A stretch of 64,000 nucleotides of DNA from Escherichia coli (GTDB taxonomy: Bacteria > Pseudomonadota > Gammaproteobacteria > Enterobacterales > Enterobacteriaceae). Made by a program: the position numbers and the translations under genes. Below the pieces are notes generated by a model, which made no database searches, was not told the DNA's origin, and worked only from the letters and a program-made list of their open reading frames with translations. The stretch is taken from assembly GCF_024223415.1 (NCBI RefSeq), contig NZ_CP100500.1, one strand, 5' to 3'. Shown piece after piece: positions 41,756 through 49,366 of the stretch (position 1 is the first letter of the stretch; every line of letters begins with the position of its first letter).

Positions 41756-42304
41756 TCACCATTGGTATTGGTTCTTCCGTAGAAGAGCTTCGCGAGATAA
41801 GGAGCAAACTTGTTGAGATGCGTCATGGTGTTGCTGCTCCTCACTTTTTGGTTGCTCCGGAGGAGTAACCTCGCCAGTTAACAGCCACATCGGATCGCAG
41901 CCAAGAATATTTGCCAGTGGGGTAAGCATACTGATAGTTGGTTCATACTCTCCGCTCTCCCACTGGATGATGATTTCTTCATCGAGATCGAGCAGCCTGG
42001 CGAGTTCGGCGGTTGTTAAGCCGCAGGCTTCGCGTTGGGTGCGAAGGTTAACCAGCCAGCTTTTAGGGAAGGATTGTTTTTGTTGTGCAGGAGAAGCCGT
42101 AGATAGAGCATATTCATGGATAAATTCCATTACCTCAATGCCCAGTTCCTTTGAGCGAGCACAATCCAGAAGATGGAATGTGCGTACAGCACTTAGCAAA
42201 TTTGCAATATTTAATGCAAAGGAATCAAGTTCTAAGCCTTCAAGCGTAACACAGCCGCAGTTGATAAAATTAGTTGTTTCTGGAGTTGCTTTTAGTGTCT
42301 TCAT
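41756..42304 (-). CDS. XRE-family helix-turn-helix protein (182 aa) with an N-terminal domain of unknown function; first gene downstream of cI on the same strand
   Basis: An HTH_XRE signature LRTQREACGLTTAELARLLDLDEEIIIQWESGEYEPTISMLTPLANILGCDPMWLL sits in the C-terminal half. The N-terminal region VTLEGLELDSFALNIANLLSAVRTFHLLDCARSKELGIEVMEFIHEYALSTAS aligns with the C-terminus of the 121-aa neighbour. Confidence 0.55.
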   Translation of the reverse strand: MKTLKATPETTNFINCGCVTLEGLELDSFALNIANLLSAVRTFHLLDCARSKELGIEVMEFIHEYALSTASPAQQKQSFPKSWLVNLRTQREACGLTTAELARLLDLDEEIIIQWESGEYEPTISMLTPLANILGCDPMWLLTGEVTPPEQPKSEEQQHHDASQQVCSLSREALLRKNQYQW

Positions 42305-42449
42305 ATACCCACCAACAATTTTAAATTGAATTTAATCAAGTTATAATTGATGGTGCGATATTATGCTTTGAGAAATAGGCTGTCAAGAAAAAATTGATAC
42401 CGTGTGTTTTAGGCAGAAAAAAACGGGCAAAGCCCGTTAAAATCAAAGA

Positions 42450-43145
42450 CTAACCAAATCTGTTTATATTGAATGGTACTGATGAGATCACTTTAGACTG
42501 GATATAAAGCAGAGCTAACCCCTCTTTTTCGATGCTCCATGGTTGATAATTGGGGTTATCAGATAACACCATGATTTTGCTTCCAATTTTTTGAAGTCTT
42601 TTCACGTAGCATTCTCCATCAAAACAAAATGCATAAATGCCATCGCCATCAAAATAAGTTACTGTCTTATCAAGAAAAAGAAGGTCGCCAGGTGAGATTG
42701 TGGGAGCCATACTGTCTCCTCTGGCGTTACCTATTTCTATATTTTTGAATGCCCGATTTCCAACAAGGCGTCGGGCATATTCAGGATCAAGTTCTATTGA
42801 GCGCACTACATCTATCAAGTCACCACGGACATGAGTTCCATCACCGCAACTAAACTCAACATCAAGGACATTAAACACGACGCTATCTGTTCTTGTCTGG
42901 TGTTTCTCTTGCGAGGAAAAGGTTGGTGAGGAGTCTTCACCTAAGAACCAGGATTGTGGATAACCGCTAATCTCGGATAAATGCGCGAGCTTATCACTCC
43001 GTGGAAATGTTTTTCCTGTTGTCCAGTACTGCACTGATTGCGCACTCACACCTAACTTGCGGGCCAGTTGAGCCTGAGTCCATCCTTTTGCTTTCAGCAT
43101 CGCGGCTATTCGATTTTCCGTGTTTTTGACGTTCTTCATGACCAA
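42450..43145 (-). CDS. cI: CI-type prophage repressor (N-terminal HTH, C-terminal LexA/S24 self-cleaving peptidase domain), 231 aa
   Basis: The HTH is WTQAQLARKLGVSAQSVQYWTTGKTFP. The S24 domain has the catalytic Ser in GDSMAPTI and Lys in YVKRLQK. The gene is divergent from a cro-like gene. Confidence 0.85.
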   Translation of the reverse strand: MVMKNVKNTENRIAAMLKAKGWTQAQLARKLGVSAQSVQYWTTGKTFPRSDKLAHLSEISGYPQSWFLGEDSSPTFSSQEKHQTRTDSVVFNVLDVEFSCGDGTHVRGDLIDVVRSIELDPEYARRLVGNRAFKNIEIGNARGDSMAPTISPGDLLFLDKTVTYFDGDGIYAFCFDGECYVKRLQKIGSKIMVLSDNPNYQPWSIEKEGLALLYIQSKVISSVPFNINRFG

Positions 43146-43272
43146 ATCCTGTGGGTTTCTTTACAAGGATAAATCTTTACTTGATTTTAGTGTATTCGAT
43201 CCTTTTGCAACTTGCATGTTAATTTAAACTTGATGTATTCTTGATTCATAAAGTTAATGTTGGTGCTTTGTT
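43146..43272. promoter_or_regulatory. immunity-region operator/promoter interval (OR-like) between divergent cI and cro
   Basis: The 127-bp AT-rich divergent intergenic interval contains three CTTGAT repeats (43180, 43229, 43240) and the palindrome TGCAA-C-TTGCA (43207..43217). Confidence 0.5.
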
Positions 43273-43572
43273 ATGAAAGGAAATGATTACGATAAACTTC
43301 GTGCATTAATTGCGCAAAATGCCATAGCGCGAAATCTTGGTGTGACGCCGCAAGCGGTGAATCAGTGGTTTTCAAAAAACACAATTCCTGCTCGTTTCGT
43401 TTTACGCGTATGTGAAGTAGTTGCATGGAAGGTCACGCCACATGGCTTAAGGCCAGATCTTTATCCTCACCCTGAAGATGGAATTCCTGATTCGTTACGC
43501 AAAATTTCAAATCCAAGCTTAGCGCGCACGGAAGATGGGCAGAGTGATTCATCAGAAATGTCCACGCGATGA
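43273..43572 (+). CDS. cro: Cro/YdaS-like HTH regulator (99 aa)
   Basis: Product is MKGNDYDKLRALIAQNAIARNLGVTPQAVNQWFSKNTIPARFVLRVCEVVAWKV... It is divergent from cI. Confidence 0.7.
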   Translation: MKGNDYDKLRALIAQNAIARNLGVTPQAVNQWFSKNTIPARFVLRVCEVVAWKVTPHGLRPDLYPHPEDGIPDSLRKISNPSLARTEDGQSDSSEMSTR

Positions 43573-43648
43573 ACGGTTACTGAACGAAAAAAGAAAAGCC
43601 GGGCCGCACTCCATCAGCCCGACTTATTCTGATTAGTAAGGGGATTTC

Positions 43649-44494
43649 ATGATGATCAATAAACAAAAATTAGTCAACCCTGAAAACCTGCCAGTTATTG
43701 CTGGTGTAGAAATTTCAACTGATATGGTTGGGCGCTTTAATCTGAATGCATTGCATCGAGCCAGCGGTCTTGGCCCCAATAAAGCTCCGACGCAGTGGTT
43801 GCGTACTCAGTCAGCTAAACAACTTATTGAAGAGCTGGAAAAAGAAACTATGCAGAATTGCATAGTTTCACTGGAAGGGCGGAATGGCGGTACTTTTGCG
43901 CACGAACTGCTTGCTGTTGAATATGCAGGATGGATTTCTCCTGCGTTCCGGTTGCAGGTGAACCAGACTTTTATTGACTATCGTACTGGCAAACTTACAG
44001 CGGGCAATAATCAGTTGCCCAATTTTGACGATCCGATCGCTGCTGCTGAAGCGTGGATTGAAGCCAAAAAATCCGAACGCCTTGCTCTCGGGTATGCAGA
44101 GCGTCAGGCTCGCTACATCAGCAAACTCGAAAGCCATCTCGCCGATGGCATCACTCCTGTGCAGTTCTGCAAACAGCTCAACGGTGTAAACACTCGTCAG
44201 ATTAATGCGTTCCTTGAAGAGCGTAACTGGCTGTATGACGACCGTCCGGAGGCTATGTATCCGCGCTGGCGTGTAAAAGCGTATGCACGTGACCAATACC
44301 TGACTGAGCGTTCTGGGCAGGTTGAGCAGGAAAACGGGGAAATGCGCGAGATTTTCAAACCACTCCTGAAGAAAAAAGGTGCCGCCTGGTTATATCGCCA
44401 TTATCTGAACGGCGAACTACCGATGAAGAAAACATGGGATGGGCTGTTTACCCATAACACTGAGCTCGCGAATCTTTTACAGGAGAGCAAATGA
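43649..44494 (+). CDS. KilA-N domain / antirepressor-like protein (281 aa)
   Basis: An N-terminal KilA-N-like segment (ISTDMVGRFNLNALHRASGLGPNKAPTQWLRTQSAKQLIEELE...GGTFAHELLAVEYAGWISPAF) is followed by a phage antirepressor-like C-terminal region. Confidence 0.6.
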   Translation: MMINKQKLVNPENLPVIAGVEISTDMVGRFNLNALHRASGLGPNKAPTQWLRTQSAKQLIEELEKETMQNCIVSLEGRNGGTFAHELLAVEYAGWISPAFRLQVNQTFIDYRTGKLTAGNNQLPNFDDPIAAAEAWIEAKKSERLALGYAERQARYISKLESHLADGITPVQFCKQLNGVNTRQINAFLEERNWLYDDRPEAMYPRWRVKAYARDQYLTERSGQVEQENGEMREIFKPLLKKKGAAWLYRHYLNGELPMKKTWDGLFTHNTELANLLQESK

Positions 44495-44703
44495 TGCAAA
44501 CCAAGACATGTGTAACTGGTGATGTCGATCTGAAACCTTGCCCGTTCTGCGGAAATCCGGAAGTACAACTCATTGAGGTGAAATATTTTCTGGATGGCGA
44601 TGATGGTTATTACGTCGCATGTACTTGCTGTAACGCAAACCAGATTCCTGATTCGAAAGAACGTGCTGTTCATGACTGGAACCAGCGCGAAAACGCGGAT
44701 TGA
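44491..44703 (+). CDS. Lar-family restriction alleviation protein (70 aa, Cys-rich)
   Basis: Product is MMQTKTCVTGDVDLKPCPFCGNPEVQLIEVKYFLDGDDGYYVACTCCNANQIP... with the paired CxxC arrangement typical of Lar/RalR-like proteins. Confidence 0.6.
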   Translation: MMQTKTCVTGDVDLKPCPFCGNPEVQLIEVKYFLDGDDGYYVACTCCNANQIPDSKERAVHDWNQRENAD

Positions 44704-45380
44704 CGGCGAGTAGGTACAAAATGATCCGCAACCAACATATTGATTCTGCAATTTCGGGACGTTACACTGTTCCAGCACCTTATAAAGCGGGTGCCGGGAT
44801 TGGAACCCCGGAATTGCATACGGCGATATACGACGCGCCAGCGTCTTTTTTATCGTCCGCGCTCACGCACGCCAGAATTATGGTGGGCTGGGCAGGGGAG
44901 CCGAAAGGCTCGCCGGTTTCCGTATGCGCCGGTAGTTCCAACCCTGTCCAGTTCACCACCAGTGAGATTGGAACCTCCGGTGGTGGAAGTTATCCATTGC
45001 ATACGGAGGCTGCCATCATGGCTACAGTCCCAACTTCCCCATACCTGAAAATCGAAGTCGTCAACGGCAAGGCCGTTATTTTCTCCCTGCATGTTGCCTG
45101 CCATTTCAAGCGCATGCACCAGAACATCGTCGACAAAATCGAGTATCTGAACTGCTCGCGCGAATTTTTTACCCGCAATTTCATACCGGGTACTTATCAC
45201 ATCTATGGTGACTCCCTGCGTGGTTATTACATCACCCTTGATGGTCTGATGATGCTTCAGCTTGGGTTAAGTCTACGCACAATGCGGTACTACGAGAGCT
45301 GCATTGAAGCATTCCAGGAGGCAGGGAACAGCCTGAATCTTACCGCTTTCCGCCGTAATCAGTGGGAGGCGCGTCCATGA
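44700..45380 (+). CDS. hypothetical phage protein (226 aa)
   Basis: It follows the preceding gene with a 4-bp overlap and has no confident motif. Overlapping ORFs at 44740..45048 (+) and 44850..45200 (-) are judged spurious. Confidence 0.45.
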   Translation: MTASRYKMIRNQHIDSAISGRYTVPAPYKAGAGIGTPELHTAIYDAPASFLSSALTHARIMVGWAGEPKGSPVSVCAGSSNPVQFTTSEIGTSGGGSYPLHTEAAIMATVPTSPYLKIEVVNGKAVIFSLHVACHFKRMHQNIVDKIEYLNCSREFFTRNFIPGTYHIYGDSLRGYYITLDGLMMLQLGLSLRTMRYYESCIEAFQEAGNSLNLTAFRRNQWEARP

Positions 45381-45571
45381 TTAGTTACGAAATTATTATT
45401 TCCACAACTGAATACAGAAACGATGTATCAGTTAGCACGGATGTATCTGTCTGGCACCGTCGCTATAAATCCAGAAAAACGGCAGAACTGAAAGCGGCAG
45501 AGATGTGTGAAACCATCTCAATGAAAGGTAGCCCGGTTAAATACGTAACTACGGCGGAGGTGCGTCCATGA
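45362..45571 (+). CDS. hypothetical phage protein (69 aa)
   Basis: It is tightly packed with its neighbours in the early-right operon. Confidence 0.35.
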   Translation: MGGASMISYEIIISTTEYRNDVSVSTDVSVWHRRYKSRKTAELKAAEMCETISMKGSPVKYVTTAEVRP

Positions 45572-45792
45572 TCCGCCACATCGTTAATTTCCGGTATCAC
45601 CGATACAACCATTGCCCCCGTGTGGGGCAGTGGTTCACCACCAGCAACGGCCACGTTCTGCGGGTTTGCCTGGTCAATACAGAAAGCCAGAAGGTTGTCT
45701 GCCAGGTTCAGGGACGTACTCATACCCTGAGTTATCCACTGGCAGTGTTTCAGTCCGGAAAAATGTTTAAACGCCTGGGAGGTGCCGTGTGA
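45568..45792 (+). CDS. hypothetical phage protein (74 aa)
   Basis: It overlaps the following gene by 4 bp. Confidence 0.35.
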   Translation: MIRHIVNFRYHRYNHCPRVGQWFTTSNGHVLRVCLVNTESQKVVCQVQGRTHTLSYPLAVFQSGKMFKRLGGAV

Positions 45793-46781
45793 GTCGTTAC
45801 GCACCTACACCGGAAGTTATGGCTATTGGTCAAATTAATATTTCCGGCAATGTCACCCCCGCGAACTGGTGGAAACATATTCGGCTACCCAGTGGTCGTC
45901 CGGATGCGACTGCTATCGCCTTGCTTTCAGAAATTGTTTACTGGTACCGCCCGACAGAACTCCGGGATGAGCATACCGGGGCTTTGCTGGGATATCGCAA
46001 GCGTTTTCAGGGTGACAAACTGCAAAGAAGCTATCAGGCGTTTGCTGAGCAATTTGGCTTCGGGAAAAGGGAAACCGCAGATGCGCTGAAGCGTCTTCGC
46101 GATGCAGGGTTTATTACTCTGGATTTACGCACCGTAGAAATGCTCGATGGTGTGAAATGCAGCAATATTTTGTTTGTCGGGATCAACCCACAGGCAGTTG
46201 CTGCCATTACCACACCTTCTTCTGTTTCGCCAGAAAGTAACAGCAATAACGCAATCAGCGACACAGCTATTACGTTAAAACGGAACACCCCCCAACGTCA
46301 TAACGGAACAGGGGATACGCCGAATGTTGATACAAATACAGAGATTACTACAGAGATTACAACGGAGACTAAAAACACTATTGGCGCATCCGCTGACGCG
46401 TCTGCACCAGCGCGTTCCGCCCGACAGGAATATTCACCGGAATTTGAACAGGTCTGGCAGGAATATCCCAAACGTGCTGGTGGCAATTCCAAGTCAGCAG
46501 CCTTCAAAGCCTGGAAAGCCCGTCTCAGGGAGGGAATAAAACCGGAGACCATGCTTGATGGTGTGAGACGTTATGCCGCCTGGGTACGTGCTACAGGAAA
46601 TACCGGCACACAGTTCGTGAAGCAGGCGTCGACGTTCTTTGGCCCCGATCGGCACTTTGACGAATCCTGGCAACAGCCAGCCGCTCCCGGAGGTGGGCGA
46701 CAGCGACAGGTCGATGTCCTGGCTGGCCTGGGAGCCATGTCTGACAAATTCGGTAAATCCAGTGACAAATTGACATTCTGA
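45789..46781 (+). CDS. phage replication initiator (lambda O-like), 330 aa, with internal iteron array
   Basis: It lies immediately upstream of the DnaC-like and DnaB-like genes. It has a conserved phage C-terminal region (EFEQVWQEYPKRAGGNSKSAAFKAWKARL). Tandem 12-bp DNA repeats inside the gene encode TEITTEITTE. Confidence 0.6.
   Translation: MSRYAPTPEVMAIGQINISGNVTPANWWKHIRLPSGRPDATAIALLSEIVYWYRPTELRDEHTGALLGYRKRFQGDKLQRSYQAFAEQFGFGKRETADALKRLRDAGFITLDLRTVEMLDGVKCSNILFVGINPQAVAAITTPSSVSPESNSNNAISDTAITLKRNTPQRHNGTGDTPNVDTNTEITTEITTETKNTIGASADASAPARSARQEYSPEFEQVWQEYPKRAGGNSKSAAFKAWKARLREGIKPETMLDGVRRYAAWVRATGNTGTQFVKQASTFFGPDRHFDESWQQPAAPGGGRQRQVDVLAGLGAMSDKFGKSSDKLTF
46336..46371 (+). repeat. 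candidate phage origin iterons inside the initiator gene
   Basis: TACAGAGATTAC occurs as a perfect tandem duplicate, followed by the related AACGGAGACTAA. Confidence 0.45.
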
Positions 46782-46782
46782 G

Positions 46783-47670
46783 GTGACAGCGATGATGACA
46801 CTTAACCTGCGTGAACAACAAACAAGACTACAGGCGCGGATGGATGAGTTACGGGCAGAGATTGCATTTGCTCAGAATGGCGAAAAGCCATGGCCTTATC
46901 GATCCTGCTGGATGCGTGAAGGGCGCGGGTGTTGCGAAAAACATGGCGAATACCACACACATATTCTGGTGTGGAGCGATCGTAATGGCGAGGATAGAGA
47001 AAAAATTTCATGCTGCCCTGACTGCTTGATAGCTGAGGCCAACGATTTGACCATGGAGCTGTCGTCCCTCAAGGCGGAAGAACTGACTGATAACGCCGGA
47101 ATTGCTCTGCGTTTTCGGGACTGCGAGTTTGATAATTATCTGGAGGTTAATCCTGACGCAGCCAGAAATCTTGCGGCCTGTCGCCGCTATGCGGAGAACT
47201 GGCCAGATATGCTGGAGAACGGTACCAGTCTTGTTATGACCGGCAGTTGCGGTACCGGGAAAAATCATCTGGCGGTATCAATGGCAAAACACATCATCCG
47301 TAACTATCTGGCCAGTGTGGAGATCACCGACGTGATGCGCCTTACCCGTGCTGTGAAAAACTGCTGGCGGAATGACAGTGAAAAAACAGCGGATGACGTC
47401 ATTGAGCATTATGCGTCACTGGATTTGCTGATCATCGACGAAGTCGGCGTTCAGTTTGGCAGTGCGGCTAAAATGGCCATTTTGCAGGAAATTATCAATG
47501 CCCGGTATGAGGGTATTTTGCCAACTATCTTGATCAGCAACCTTTCACCGGAAGAATTGTGGGCGTTCATCAGTCCCCGGATTGCCGACAGGATCACCGA
47601 TGGCGGGCGCAACTGGTTGTCGTTTAACTGGCCCAGCTACCGTTCTCGTATCGGAGGTGTTGCCGCATGA
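46783..47670 (+). CDS. DnaC/IstB-like AAA+ helicase loader (295 aa)
   Basis: A Walker A motif TGSCGTGKNHLAVSMA and Walker B motif LLIIDEVG are present. It sits between the initiator and the helicase. Confidence 0.8.
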   Translation: MTAMMTLNLREQQTRLQARMDELRAEIAFAQNGEKPWPYRSCWMREGRGCCEKHGEYHTHILVWSDRNGEDREKISCCPDCLIAEANDLTMELSSLKAEELTDNAGIALRFRDCEFDNYLEVNPDAARNLAACRRYAENWPDMLENGTSLVMTGSCGTGKNHLAVSMAKHIIRNYLASVEITDVMRLTRAVKNCWRNDSEKTADDVIEHYASLDLLIIDEVGVQFGSAAKMAILQEIINARYEGILPTILISNLSPEELWAFISPRIADRITDGGRNWLSFNWPSYRSRIGGVAA

Positions 47671-49067
47671 CCAGCCAGAACACCCCGGCATGGCGTAACG
47701 ATGACCTGGAAGGTGCGGTGATTGGCGCGTTTTTTCTGCGTGGGGCAGATCCGGAAGTGATGGATATTCTGGCCACGCTTCCGGCGGATGTATTTTTCGT
47801 GCGTCAGTACCGGGATATTTACGCGGGGATTTGCAGACAGGCCCGCGTATCCGGCGTCATTGACCCCGTGCTGCTGTGCAATGAGATGCCGGAACTTGCC
47901 CCGGTGATTACCGACACCGGGCGCAAAACCTGGGTGAAGTCTTCACTGGAACACTATGTTGCAGCGCTGCGGCGAAATGCCGTACTGCGCGATGCAGAAA
48001 AAACACTGACCGAAGCATTACAGAATTTACGGGATGCACATACCTGCGAAGCAGCCGAGGATGCCCTGAAGGATGCGCAGAACATGATGGCCTCACTGTC
48101 GACCGGAAAGGGCGTCATTCAGCCGGTTCACATTGATGATGTCCTTCCGGAAGTGGTGGGCCGTGTTGAATGCCGGAATCAGGGACTGGAGAAATCCAGA
48201 ACGCTGATGACCGGTATTGATGAACTGGACGCAAAAACAGGGGGTATGGAGCCAGGCGACCTGGTATTCATTGCGGCTCGTCCTTCGATGGGGAAAACCG
48301 AACTGGCGCTGGACATCATCGACAAGGTGACTGAGCAGGGGCATGGCGTGCTTCTGTTCACCATGGAGATGGCGAACATCCAGATTGGTGAACGTATGGT
48401 GTCTTCTGCCGGTGGAATGCCGGTATCCCGTCTTAAGTCTGCTGCCCGTTTTGAAGACGAAGACTGGGCACGTTTCTCACAGGGTGTGGGACGAATGACG
48501 GGGCGTAATATCTGGATGGTGGACCAGGCAAATCTGACCATTGATGAGATATGTGCAACCACGAGGTACCACCGGATGAAGCATCCGGAAACGGCGCTGG
48601 TGGTGGTTGATTACCTCGGTCTGATTAAAACCCGCAGCACGGGGCGTCACGACCTTGCTGTGGGGGAAATCTCAAAGGGACTTAAAAGTCTGGCAAAATC
48701 CGGCGGTTTCCCGCTGATTGCACTGAGTCAGCTCTCCCGTGGTGTGGAATCCAGACCCAATAAACGCCCCATGAACTCGGATCTGAAAAATTCCGGGGAA
48801 ATAGAGGCGGATGCCGACATCATTCTGATGCTTTACAGGGATGAGGTGTATAACCCGGATACACAGGCCAGAGGCATAGCAGAAATCAACATCACGAAAC
48901 AGCGTAATGGCACTCTCGGGACCATTTACCGGCGTTTTCATAACGGGCATTTTCTGCCTGTGGATCAGGAAAGCGCTCAGGTTCTTTCCACACCCATGAC
49001 GCCGGGCAATCCGCGCAGATACAGCAATAACCGCATGTCGGGCAGTAAAGCGGAGCGTTTATTTTGA
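47667..49067 (+). CDS. DnaB-family replicative helicase (466 aa)
   Basis: A Walker A motif AARPSMGKTELALD, an H4-like motif and RecA-like C-terminal core typical of DnaB are present (ALSQLSRGVE..., ILMLYRDEVYN). Confidence 0.85.
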   Translation: MTSQNTPAWRNDDLEGAVIGAFFLRGADPEVMDILATLPADVFFVRQYRDIYAGICRQARVSGVIDPVLLCNEMPELAPVITDTGRKTWVKSSLEHYVAALRRNAVLRDAEKTLTEALQNLRDAHTCEAAEDALKDAQNMMASLSTGKGVIQPVHIDDVLPEVVGRVECRNQGLEKSRTLMTGIDELDAKTGGMEPGDLVFIAARPSMGKTELALDIIDKVTEQGHGVLLFTMEMANIQIGERMVSSAGGMPVSRLKSAARFEDEDWARFSQGVGRMTGRNIWMVDQANLTIDEICATTRYHRMKHPETALVVVDYLGLIKTRSTGRHDLAVGEISKGLKSLAKSGGFPLIALSQLSRGVESRPNKRPMNSDLKNSGEIEADADIILMLYRDEVYNPDTQARGIAEINITKQRNGTLGTIYRRFHNGHFLPVDQESAQVLSTPMTPGNPRRYSNNRMSGSKAERLF

Positions 49068-49321
49068 ATAACAGAACAGCCACTGTTTCACCGGAACAAC
49101 TTCGTCGCCAGGCGCAGGAGATGCTTCGTTGTGCTGAACAGATGGAAAAAATGAGCGTGGCAAAGGATACGCTCCGCAAGCAGCTTACTCCGGCGCTTCG
49201 TGATCTGCTGCAGGCAAAACACCGCACACAAAAGGCGGTGGATGAGCTGGTGGATTGCGTGGCGGAACTGGAAGGCAAGGTAAGCCAGTTTGAAACTCTG
49301 GTGAAGGAGTTTACTGCGTGA
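49064..49321 (+). CDS. hypothetical phage protein (85 aa, coiled-coil)
   Basis: It overlaps the helicase stop and is charged and helical. Confidence 0.4.
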   Translation: MNNRTATVSPEQLRRQAQEMLRCAEQMEKMSVAKDTLRKQLTPALRDLLQAKHRTQKAVDELVDCVAELEGKVSQFETLVKEFTA

Positions 49322-49366
49322 TGGCTGAATTTTTTCTCCTGTGTTCATGCAATATCGTTCGCTGAG

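Noticed and set aside
44740-45200. Overlapping ORFs (102 aa plus, 116 aa minus) inside the 44700..45380 phage gene
   Set aside because: They are alternative frames of a longer, operon-consistent ORF. The longest frame with operon-compatible overlaps was kept.
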